64,000 nt of DNA, taken from assembly GCA_900541745.1 (NCBI GenBank), contig UQLA01000006.1, positions 17,251 through 81,250 on the forward strand, in the 5' to 3' direction. Both the position numbers and the translations under genes were made by a program. The notes below the pieces were generated by a model that saw nothing but the letters and a program-made list of their open reading frames with translations, did not search any database and had not been told where the DNA came from. Below are positions 46,060 to 56,821 of the stretch, in pieces. Position 1 is the stretch's first letter; every line of letters starts with the position of its first letter. Origin of the DNA: an uncultured Collinsella sp. Its GTDB lineage: Bacteria; Actinomycetota; Coriobacteriia; Coriobacteriales; Coriobacteriaceae.

Positions 46060-46365
46060 ATGAATGAGATTCAGGCTGGCTTGACGGTGTGCACGGTGCT
46101 GGTCGTGCCGTACATCGTGCAGGCCATCAAATCAAAGGCCATGACCGGCAATGTGGCACGCTGGATTGCCATTGCAGTATCAGCTCTGTGTGGCGCATTG
46201 ACGGCTATGGCTGGGGGTATGCCGACCGATGCGTCGGCATGGGTTACGTCCATCTTCGCCTGTGTCGGCGGCGTGCAGGTGGCCTATGCGGCCTTCAAGA
46301 CCGTGGGCGTGACCGATAAATGGCTCGATGCACTTCTCGCATTGGGCGATATCAAGAAGGATTAG
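46060..46365 (+). CDS. Putative holin
   Basis: 101 aa, three hydrophobic segments, upstream of the endolysin. Confidence 0.75.
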   Translation: MNEIQAGLTVCTVLVVPYIVQAIKSKAMTGNVARWIAIAVSALCGALTAMAGGMPTDASAWVTSIFACVGGVQVAYAAFKTVGVTDKWLDALLALGDIKKD

Positions 46366-46367
46366 AG

Positions 46368-47177
46368 ATGGACTTCGACAAGCTGCAGGCGGACGTGAAC
46401 ATGCTTCTGACCCGCCACTTCACCAAGGGACGCAGCGGCCACAAGCTCAAGTTCACCGTCGTGCACTACAACGCCGGCGACCTAACCGTGGAGCAGTGCT
46501 ACAACGTCTGGCAGTCCAGCGAGGCGTCCGCGCACTATCAGGTCGAGTCCGGCGGCCGCATCGGCCAGCTGGTCAACGACTCCGACACCGCGTGGCATGC
46601 CCGCGACTGGGACGCCAACTGCGAGAGCATCGGCATCGAGCACGCCAACCAGGGCGACTCGATCACGGACGCGTGCCTGGAGAGCGGCGCGCACCTGTTG
46701 GCCGCCATCCACAAGTTCTACGGCCTGGGGCGCCCGGAATGGGGTGTGAACGTGTTCCCGCACTCGCACTTCGCGGCCACGCAGTGCCCCGGGCCGCTCC
46801 GCGAGGGCACGACCTACCACAACCGCTACATGGCCCGCGCCCAGCAGTGGTATGACGCCATGGAGGCCGGCACGGAGCCGGGAGACGCCCCGACGGGTAC
46901 GGCTACGCAGCCGAGCGGGGAGCACTTCGGCCAGGGCTTCGGCGGCCGCTACCGCTGCACCGTGGAGTACCTGCGCGTGCGCGACGCGCCCGGCTTATCG
47001 GGCACCGAGGTGGCGCACTACTCGGCGGGCGAGACGTTGACCGTCGACGACTGGTACAAGATCGCCGACGGCTACGTGTGGGCACGCTACACCGGCTACA
47101 GCGGTAAGGTCCGCTACGTCGCCGTGGGCAAGGCCACCGGCAAGCCAGAGGCCGACGACTACCTGGTGCGTGTCTAG
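46368..47177 (+). CDS. Endolysin: N-acetylmuramoyl-L-alanine amidase plus SH3-like domain
   Basis: VVHYNAG, SAHYQV, AWHA, SIGIEH, HSHF..TQCPG; C-terminal LRVRDAPGL...DGYVWARY. Confidence 0.9.
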   Translation: MDFDKLQADVNMLLTRHFTKGRSGHKLKFTVVHYNAGDLTVEQCYNVWQSSEASAHYQVESGGRIGQLVNDSDTAWHARDWDANCESIGIEHANQGDSITDACLESGAHLLAAIHKFYGLGRPEWGVNVFPHSHFAATQCPGPLREGTTYHNRYMARAQQWYDAMEAGTEPGDAPTGTATQPSGEHFGQGFGGRYRCTVEYLRVRDAPGLSGTEVAHYSAGETLTVDDWYKIADGYVWARYTGYSGKVRYVAVGKATGKPEADDYLVRV

Positions 47178-47179
47178 CC

Positions 47180-47521
47180 ATGAGGAATATGGAAGGACCT
47201 GGGCGCGACGGTCTGGCGGCACTCCTCGTGGTCGTGCTCGGGCTGACCGTGGCCGTGTGCTTCGCCGGCATGCTGGAGGGCTGCACGGGTGGGGCCACGA
47301 CCCAAGAGGTGGACGTCGCCACCGTGTACGACACGCCCGCCGAGACCGCCAAGCCTCGTACGGACGGCCCCATCTACGACCTGCCAGACAACGTGCACCA
47401 GCAGATCGTGTGCGACCGCCAGAACCGGGAGTACCTGCTGCTGACCACGGCTCGTGGCGGCGTGTGCCTGGTCCCGTTCCTCGACGAGGACGGCAAGCAG
47501 GCGATCATGCCGAACGCGTGA
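47180..47521 (+). CDS. Secreted/lipoprotein-like protein (DUF6440-like)
   Basis: Hydrophobic leader with LEGC; IVCDRQNREYLL...GGVCLVPFLDEDGK. Confidence 0.6.
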   Translation: MRNMEGPGRDGLAALLVVVLGLTVAVCFAGMLEGCTGGATTQEVDVATVYDTPAETAKPRTDGPIYDLPDNVHQQIVCDRQNREYLLLTTARGGVCLVPFLDEDGKQAIMPNA

Positions 47522-47633
47522 GCCACGGCGCGTCCGAGACAACCGCGAAACCGCAGGGCGGGGCATAGATGGAGGTGTTCGCCGTAAGTCTCCACAGCCC
47601 AGGCAGCAGGTACTAATAAAAATGCTTGAAGCC

Positions 47634-47673
47634 AATGCGCCCCTTCACCTTAAATGAAGGAGCGCATTTCTTT
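47634..47673. terminator. Terminator at the right end of the prophage
   Basis: AATGCGCCCCTTCA-7 nt-TGAAGGAGCGCATT-TCTTT. Confidence 0.65.
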
Positions 47674-47800
47674 GCCAGGCTGACAGCTCGCGTCCTAACT
47701 CAGTCCATAAGTGCTGAAATATGCAGGTCTATGGAAACCTGCGGAAATGAATAACTGCACTATGGAGCACTATGCTAACCTATGGTAGCTTTAGCATGCG

Positions 47801-47812
47801 CAACATCCAGTA
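47801..47812 (+). repeat. attR core CAACATCCAGTA
   Basis: Identical to 7653-7664; the following A gives the presumed original TAA stop. Confidence 0.92.
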
Positions 47813-47828
47813 AGGATTTGTACATGCT

Positions 47829-47860
47829 AAGAGCGTCCTGCGCAGCGGGGCGCTCTTTTT
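47829..47860 (+). terminator. Native rpsO terminator, displaced by the prophage
   Basis: AAGAGCGTCCTGC-GCA-GCGGGGCGCTCTT-TTT, 16 nt after attR. Confidence 0.8.
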
Positions 47861-47963
47861 GTGTAAGGGCGTGAACAATCACGCTCTGAAGCGTGGCGGG
47901 GGCAGGGGGCCCGCGTCACATGAGAAGCCCGCAGGCAAGGGGCCTGTGGGGTAAAGGAGAACA

Positions 47964-50210
<2,247 letters not shown>

Positions 50211-50233
50211 CAGCCGCACATAAGCAGCTCAAT

Positions 50234-50265
50234 AAGGGCGACTCCAGACAGGGGTCGCCCTTTTT
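50234..50265 (+). terminator. pnp terminator
   Basis: AAGGGCGACTCC-AGACA-GGGGTCGCCC-TTTTT. Confidence 0.88.
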
Positions 50266-50396
50266 CTTGCGCCCGGGAGGGTCGCATATGAAGTTTCCTG
50301 CTCTACAGTCCTGCGCAAGACGGAAAGCACATTAAGTGCTTTCCTTTGCGTGCGGAACTCGCGATAAACTTCATATGCGGCCCTCCCGGGCGCAAG
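50266..50396 (+). repeat. Long hairpin element, copy 1
   Basis: 31-bp inverted arms (one G-T wobble) around a 69-nt core. Confidence 0.85.
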
Positions 50397-50529
50397 CAAA
50401 AGGGCTGGTTAGTGCCGCTTGCTCTTTAGTTAGATAGTCTATTCAGTAGTCAGATTCCAGATCTGTAGATAGACGCAGCAGCATTTCCCTAAATAAATCC
50501 GACCAAAATAAACCTGTCCCTTATTGGCA

Positions 50530-50670
50530 GGTCTGGGCTCAGCGACCCCGGCACGGGCTAAGTTTATCGCGAGTTCCGCACGAACAGGAGGCCACTTAAT
50601 GTGGCCTCCGTCGTGAGCAGGACTGTAGAGCAGGAAACTTAGCCCGTGCCGGGGCCGCTGAGCCCAGACC
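50530..50670 (-). repeat. Long hairpin element, copy 2 (inverted)
   Basis: 36-bp inverted arms around the reverse complement of the same core (59/69 identical by hand alignment). Confidence 0.85.
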
Positions 50671-50858
50671 GGCGGGATAGACCGGTTCAGATGGGGCTTT
50701 GATGCATGGGTGGTCTGTTGTTGTGCAAATGGGTATCATACTGTGGTTATTGCATCGACTCAGTGATGCATGTTTGTACGTTCCCGGCGGTCGGTTTGCC
50801 AGAAGCGCCCCGCCGGTTGTTCCAGACCCGTTTCGAAGAAAGGAAACAACACTCACCT

Positions 50859-52529
50859 ATGGCAGCTAAAAAATCATCTCCCTTGAAGATCATCCCGCTC
50901 GGCGGCCTAGATGGCATCGGCAAGAACATGACGGTCTTCGAGTGCGGCGACGACATGGTGCTCGTCGACGCTGGCCTCATGTTCCCCGACGACTCGCAGC
51001 CCGGTATCGATCTGGTACTCCCGGATTACACCTATGTTCTGGAGAACGAGGAAAAGCTCCGCGGCATCGTCGTCACTCACGGCCACGAGGACCACACCGG
51101 TTCGCTTCCGTATCTGCTGCAGGATCTCAACAACAAGGTGCCCATCTTCTCGAGCAAGCTGACGCTCGGCTTTATCGAGGGCAAGCTCTCCGAGTTCCGC
51201 ATTCGTGCACCCAAGTTCCGTGAGGTCAAGGGCGGCAGCCACGTCAATCTCGGTGGCATCTCGCTCGACTTCTTCTCGATGACGCACTCCATCCCCGGCG
51301 CTCTGGGCGTGTTCATCCGCACCAACCAGGGCACCGTTATGCACACCGGCGACTTTAAGCTCGACCAGACGCCCATCGACGGTGTCACGCCCGACTATGC
51401 CGCTATCAGCCGCTTTGCCAAGCAGGGCATCGACCTGCTGCTGTCCGACTCCACCAACGCCACGGTCCCCGGTTTTACCAAGTCCGAGGCCGAGGTTGGC
51501 CCCAATCTGCTGCATGCCATCAAGAATGCTCCGGGCCGCGTGTTCGTCGCGTCGTTCTCGAGCCACATCCATCGTCTGCAGCAGATCTGCGACGCCGCCC
51601 GCAAGTGCGGCCGCAAGGTTGTCGTGACCGGTCGTTCCATGCTCACCAACACCCGCGTGGCGCGCGAGCTCGGTTATCTCAACATCGATGACGCCGATAT
51701 CATCGATGCCTTCGATATTGACAACCTGCCCGACGACAAGATCGTCGTCATGTGCACCGGTTCGCAGGGCGAGCCTCTGTCGGCCCTTTCGCGCATGGCT
51801 AACGGCGAGCACAAGACGCTCTCCATCCACGAGGGCGATACCGTCATCCTCTCTGCAACGCCGGTCCCCGGTAACGAGAAGGCCGTTCAGCAGGTCGTCA
51901 ACAGCCTCGCCAAGCTTGGCTGCGACGTGTGGGATAAGAACCGCGCCCTCGTTCACGTTTCGGGTCACGGTAGCCAGGAGGAGCTCAAGCTCCTGATGGC
52001 CATGGCCAAGCCTACGTACTTTATGCCGGTCCACGGCGAGGCCGTGCATCTGCGCGCCCATGCCCAGCTTGCCCGTAAGATGGGCATCAAGGATGATCAT
52101 ATCTTTATCCTCGACAACGGAGATACGCTCGAGATGCGTGGCGGTATCGTCAAACGCGGTACGCCCGTCGAGTCCGGCGTCGTCTACGTCGACGGCCTGC
52201 GTATCGGCGATACCGACCCTATCGTTCTGCGCGATCGTCAGAAGCTTGCCAACGACGGTATGGTCACGGCTGTCGCTATCGTTTCGCTCAAGCACAAGAA
52301 GATCGAGGCCATCGAGTTCTCGGGCCGCGGCGTCTCCTTTGCCATCGACGACCAGTTCTCCGATGACGCCTCGGCGTCCATCATGAAGACGATCGAGAAG
52401 GGCAAGTTCAGCTTTACGAGCAGCGGTTCCGATGCTATTCGCAAGGCCGTGCGCGACTCGCTCTCTAACTTTATCTGGAGCCGTACGCGCACTCGTCCGA
52501 TGATCATCCCGGTCGTCATGGAGGTTTAG
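50859..52529 (+). CDS. rnj: Ribonuclease J
   Basis: IIPLGGLDGIGKNM, THGHEDH, HTGDFK, HVSGH, MPVHGE. Confidence 0.95.
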   Translation: MAAKKSSPLKIIPLGGLDGIGKNMTVFECGDDMVLVDAGLMFPDDSQPGIDLVLPDYTYVLENEEKLRGIVVTHGHEDHTGSLPYLLQDLNNKVPIFSSKLTLGFIEGKLSEFRIRAPKFREVKGGSHVNLGGISLDFFSMTHSIPGALGVFIRTNQGTVMHTGDFKLDQTPIDGVTPDYAAISRFAKQGIDLLLSDSTNATVPGFTKSEAEVGPNLLHAIKNAPGRVFVASFSSHIHRLQQICDAARKCGRKVVVTGRSMLTNTRVARELGYLNIDDADIIDAFDIDNLPDDKIVVMCTGSQGEPLSALSRMANGEHKTLSIHEGDTVILSATPVPGNEKAVQQVVNSLAKLGCDVWDKNRALVHVSGHGSQEELKLLMAMAKPTYFMPVHGEAVHLRAHAQLARKMGIKDDHIFILDNGDTLEMRGGIVKRGTPVESGVVYVDGLRIGDTDPIVLRDRQKLANDGMVTAVAIVSLKHKKIEAIEFSGRGVSFAIDDQFSDDASASIMKTIEKGKFSFTSSGSDAIRKAVRDSLSNFIWSRTRTRPMIIPVVMEV

Positions 52530-52530
52530 T

Positions 52531-55311
52531 TTGGCGCGCGGATCTGCACAAAACGCCAAAGGCAATAAAGCCAACAACCAACCGGCATCTGCTAAGGGTG
52601 CCGGTTCCCATCTTCGTGCCAATAAGGGCCACGAGGCCGAGTTCGACGATTTCGAGCCCCTGGTCGAGCCTTCGGCCAACCGCGATATCGCCGGCGTGGT
52701 CATTGCCGTTTTGGCGATTGCGTCCTTCATTGCCGTGATTTCGCCGGCGACCGCACCCGTTACGGCTGCGGTTGCCGGTTTCTACCACCTGGGCTTTGGC
52801 CTGGGCGCCTACGTGCTGCCGATCGTCATTTTGCTCTTTGCCGCCACGCTCTTTTTAGGCGAGGACTCGCCGCTCAACGTGCGCTCTGTTGCGGGTGGCG
52901 CCGTGGTCTTTATCGCCGTCGTCTCCATTCTTTCGCTGATGGTACCGGGGACGAGCGACTCGTGCGACCTTATGTTCACGCCGCATAACCTGTCCGCCTC
53001 GGGTGGTTACATCGGTGCGTTTATTGCGAGTGCGCTGCAGAATGCCCTGGGTAAGCCTATCGCGATGGTGGTCCTGTTGGGTCTGGCCGTCGTTGGCTTT
53101 GTCATCATCGGCTTTTCGGTGGGCGGCGTTTTACGCTCTGCCCGCGACCGTGCGGCCGATTTTGCCGAGCGCCGTCGTGCCGACGTCAACGCGAGTCCGT
53201 GGGGTGACGACGAAGCCCTGTCGGTGCCCGGCGTTGCCCGTCCGCACCTGAGCATTCTTCGTCAAAAGGGCTCTGATGCTGCCGTGACCACGGTCATGGG
53301 CAACGATGCGGACCCGGTTTTGGACGATGAAGACGAGGACGAGGATCCGTTTGTCGACGTGTCCGATGCCGTGGAGGCCGAGCGCGCCAAGACGACGCTG
53401 CTGCCGCGCCGTCATGCCAAGAAGGGCAAGACGGCTCCCAAACTCAATACGAGTGAGCCCGACCCGTCTTGGTCCGAGAGCGAGATTGAGCTTACTGAGA
53501 GTGATGACGAGGACGACGAGTCTCCGATCGAGACCGCCAAGACGACCTTGCTGCCGCGCCGCCATGCCAGACGCGGCCAGGTGACCGGTCAGCTTTCGAT
53601 GGAGGACGATCCGGACAAGGTCGACGAGTCCGAGCCGCCGTTCGCCGTGAATCCCGTCTCGGCCGCCCCTCAAATTCCTGATTTCCTCAAGCATCCCAAG
53701 GTTGCCGATGCGTCTGTTGCGACTGCTGCCGAAACGACTGCCGCCAGCGATGGGGGAGCGGGCGGTGCTTCCGCTGATACCGAGGGCGAAGAAGAGGACG
53801 GCTTTAAGCTTCCGCCGCTCGAAATCCTGCATGCAAACCCCCAGTCCGCTTCTGCCGCGTCTTCGGACAAGGAGCTGGAACAGACCGCCGAGTCGTTGCA
53901 GTCCACGCTGCTTGAGTTTGGCCGTAGCGCTCGCGTTGTCGGCTGGATTGCCGGTCCCACGGTGACGACCTTTAAGTTGCAGCCCGGCGAGGGCGAGCGC
54001 GTGAGCAAGATTTCGAGCCTTGAGGACGACATCGCGCTGTCGCTTGCTGCTCAGTCCGTGCGTATCTTTGCGCCGATTCCCGGCACCTCGCTCGTGGGTA
54101 TCGAGATTCCCAATCGCAAGCGTCAGAACGTCAACTTGGGCGACGTGCTGCCCTATGTTAAGGGCGGTCCGCTCGAGCTTGCCATCGGCCGCGACGCAGA
54201 GGGCACGCCGGTCGTCGCTGACCTCGCCAAGATGCCCCACCTGCTGATCGCCGGTACCACGGGTTCCGGTAAGTCGGTCATGATCAACTCCATCATCACG
54301 ACCCTGCTCATGCGCGCGCTCCCCGAGGACGTTCGCTTGATCATGGTCGACCCCAAGCGCGTCGAGCTCGCAGGTTATAACGGCCTTCCGCATCTTTACG
54401 TGCCCGTAGTGACCGAGCCCAAGCAGGCCGCGAGTGCCTTGCAGTGGGCGGTGTCCGAGATGGAGCGCCGCCTGAAGGTCTTCGAGCGCCTGAACGTGCG
54501 CAAGATCTCGACCTATAACGAAAAGCAGGCCGCCGGCGAGTTTGAGCATTACGATAACCCGCCGCAAAAGATGCCCTACCTGGTCATCATCATCGACGAG
54601 CTTTCGGACCTGATGATGGTTGCCGGCAAGGACGTCGAGGCGTCGATTGTGCGTATCGCCCAGCTGGGCCGTGCCGCCGGTATCCACCTTATCGTGGCGA
54701 CTCAGCGTCCGAGCTCTAACGTGGTGACGGGTCTCATCAAGGCAAACATTACCAATCGTATCGCCTTCAACGTTGCAACGGGCATCGACTCCCGCGTCAT
54801 CATCGACCAGATGGGTGCCGAAAAGCTCACCGGCTTGGGTGACATGCTGTTCTCAAAGGTCGACTGGGGCAAGCCTCGCCGTATCCAGGGTTGCTTTGTT
54901 TCGGATGACGAGATCAACGAGATTGTCGAGTTCGTCAAGTCGCAAAGCGAGCCCGACTACCACGAGGAGATCCTGTCGGCTGTGGCACCTGCCTCCATGT
55001 CCATGGCAGGTGGCGGCGGCATCGTGCGCACCGGCGTTGCCGAGCCTCAGGACGACGATCCGCTTATCTGGGAAGCCGCCCATATTGTGGTGGAATCGCA
55101 GCTGGGCTCCACATCTGGCCTGCAACGCCGCCTGAAGGTTGGCTATGCGCGCGCCGGGCGTATTATGGACATGCTGGAAGAAAAGGGTGTCGTCGGACCG
55201 CCCGACGGTTCCAAGCCGCGCGAGGTCCTACTGGATGAAGAAGGCCTTGCCGCGCTGGAATCCGTCGACGCCGAGATGGCACGTGAAGATCGTGAGTTTG
55301 GAGGATTCTGA
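52531..55311 (+). CDS. ftsK: DNA translocase FtsK
   Basis: N-terminal TMs, GTTGSGKS, IIDELSDLM, ATQRP, gamma domain LQRRLKVGYARAGR. Confidence 0.95.
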   Translation: MARGSAQNAKGNKANNQPASAKGAGSHLRANKGHEAEFDDFEPLVEPSANRDIAGVVIAVLAIASFIAVISPATAPVTAAVAGFYHLGFGLGAYVLPIVILLFAATLFLGEDSPLNVRSVAGGAVVFIAVVSILSLMVPGTSDSCDLMFTPHNLSASGGYIGAFIASALQNALGKPIAMVVLLGLAVVGFVIIGFSVGGVLRSARDRAADFAERRRADVNASPWGDDEALSVPGVARPHLSILRQKGSDAAVTTVMGNDADPVLDDEDEDEDPFVDVSDAVEAERAKTTLLPRRHAKKGKTAPKLNTSEPDPSWSESEIELTESDDEDDESPIETAKTTLLPRRHARRGQVTGQLSMEDDPDKVDESEPPFAVNPVSAAPQIPDFLKHPKVADASVATAAETTAASDGGAGGASADTEGEEEDGFKLPPLEILHANPQSASAASSDKELEQTAESLQSTLLEFGRSARVVGWIAGPTVTTFKLQPGEGERVSKISSLEDDIALSLAAQSVRIFAPIPGTSLVGIEIPNRKRQNVNLGDVLPYVKGGPLELAIGRDAEGTPVVADLAKMPHLLIAGTTGSGKSVMINSIITTLLMRALPEDVRLIMVDPKRVELAGYNGLPHLYVPVVTEPKQAASALQWAVSEMERRLKVFERLNVRKISTYNEKQAAGEFEHYDNPPQKMPYLVIIIDELSDLMMVAGKDVEASIVRIAQLGRAAGIHLIVATQRPSSNVVTGLIKANITNRIAFNVATGIDSRVIIDQMGAEKLTGLGDMLFSKVDWGKPRRIQGCFVSDDEINEIVEFVKSQSEPDYHEEILSAVAPASMSMAGGGGIVRTGVAEPQDDDPLIWEAAHIVVESQLGSTSGLQRRLKVGYARAGRIMDMLEEKGVVGPPDGSKPREVLLDEEGLAALESVDAEMAREDREFGGF

Positions 55312-56795
55312 TGGCTGCACGCTTTGGTGACATGCTGCTCGAGCAGCGTCGCCGAATGGGCCTTTCCATTCAGCAGGTCGCCAACACCATCAAAATCAGG
55401 CCGCAGATCATCGAGTTTTTCGAGAATGGCAATTTTGCATCGATGCCTCCGCGCGGCTATGCGCAGGGCATGATTTCGAGCTATGCGCGCTTTTTGGGCC
55501 TCAATCCGCGGGAGGTCGTCAACGCTTATTTTGACGATTTGATGGCATATGAGCGCGAGACGTCGCAGCAGGGCGGTCGTTTTCAGGACGCCGCCGGCTA
55601 CGTCAATTCGCGTTCCTCGGTCGACAACGGCCGCTTCCTGATGGTTCAGGGCGGGCGTTCGACGCGTTATGGCCAGCGCCCTCAGCAGGCTGGCTATGTT
55701 ACCGAAACGGGCTCGAGCGAGGAGATTCGTTCCCAGCGCGATCGTTTTCGCAGCACGCCGGCGCCCGAGGAGCGCGCACTCCCCGCTGCCCGCGGTGTCG
55801 CACGAGACCCTCGTGCCGGCTACGGGGATGGTGGTTATTCCGATCGCGGGTACCGCGGCGTTTCTTCCGGTCGTCCGCGCGGCGGCTATGCAGACGCCGA
55901 TACTACGCAGGTGACGCCTCGCCTTCGATCTCAGTCACAGCCTTATAGCCAGCGCTCCTCAGCGCCTCGCTCGGGTCAGCGCAACTACCAGGGTCGCGGC
56001 GAGCTCGCCCCCCGCTCGGGCCAGCGCAATATGCAGCGCCAGGGCAGTTATCGCGGACGTTCCGACAATAACCGCGGTCGTTTGCCCCAAGGCACCGGTC
56101 GCGGTGGTTCCAATCGTGGACGCGGCGGTGGGCGCGCTCCCCAGAACAACGGTCTCGATCCTCGTATCGTTTACGCCGGTATCGGCGCCGTGGCGCTGCT
56201 TCTGATCGTGCTCATCGTGGTGCTCCTGCGTGGCTGCGGCTCCTCGGCGCCCGAGTCGACGCCCGAGACACCCGTTGCCACCAAGACAACGACAAAGAAG
56301 TCTTCCAAGAAGACCGAATCCGTCGATGAGGACGAAGATACCGATGAGACGACGGACGAGTCCACCGATTCGGACGCCGCCAAGACGACGGCCAAGAAGG
56401 AGGAGAACGAGGTCACAAAGGTTAAGATCTCCGTTGCCAAGGGCAAGACTGCTTGGATTGAGGTCAAGGTTGATGGCAAGTCGGTCTATGGCGCCCAGGC
56501 GACCGGCCCCTTTGAGCAGGAATACACGCCCGAGTCCTCGATCGAGATCACCACGTCAAAGCCTTCCGATGTCACCGTTACCAAGAACGGCGAAAAGGTC
56601 CGCTACGACACTAAGACGTCGGGCGTGGCACGCGTGACGATCACCGTTCCCAAGAAGGAGACGACCGAGTCCAAGGACGGCGAGAGCACTGACGGCACCG
56701 ATGGCACCGACGCCCAGTCCACGGACGGCACCGATACCGCCACCGACGGTCAAACGACGACCGATTCTACCGATTATTCGTACGACAGCTACTAA
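55311..56795 (+). CDS. RodZ-like HTH membrane protein
   Basis: N-terminal HTH (YARFLGL), single TM, AWIEVKVDGK C-terminal domain; ftsK-rodZ-rimO-pgsA context. Confidence 0.8.
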   Translation: MAARFGDMLLEQRRRMGLSIQQVANTIKIRPQIIEFFENGNFASMPPRGYAQGMISSYARFLGLNPREVVNAYFDDLMAYERETSQQGGRFQDAAGYVNSRSSVDNGRFLMVQGGRSTRYGQRPQQAGYVTETGSSEEIRSQRDRFRSTPAPEERALPAARGVARDPRAGYGDGGYSDRGYRGVSSGRPRGGYADADTTQVTPRLRSQSQPYSQRSSAPRSGQRNYQGRGELAPRSGQRNMQRQGSYRGRSDNNRGRLPQGTGRGGSNRGRGGGRAPQNNGLDPRIVYAGIGAVALLLIVLIVVLLRGCGSSAPESTPETPVATKTTTKKSSKKTESVDEDEDTDETTDESTDSDAAKTTAKKEENEVTKVKISVAKGKTAWIEVKVDGKSVYGAQATGPFEQEYTPESSIEITTSKPSDVTVTKNGEKVRYDTKTSGVARVTITVPKKETTESKDGESTDGTDGTDAQSTDGTDTATDGQTTTDSTDYSYDSY

Positions 56796-56821
56796 GCCGC
56801 TCGTAAGCGAAAGGATTACCC

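Larger units (their letters stand above)
7653..47812. mobile_element. Apparently complete temperate siphovirus-like prophage (~40.1 kb) integrated at the 3' end of rpsO
   Basis: Flanking 12-bp direct repeat; integrase, immunity, replication, packaging, head, tail and lysis modules in canonical order; interrupts the conserved rpsO-pnp adjacency. Confidence 0.96.

Noticed and set aside
50530..50670. Hairpins as simple rho-independent terminators or IS ends
   Set aside because: They are far longer than terminators, pnp already has its own terminator, and I see no transposase or target-site duplication. Kept instead as a separate structured-repeat finding.
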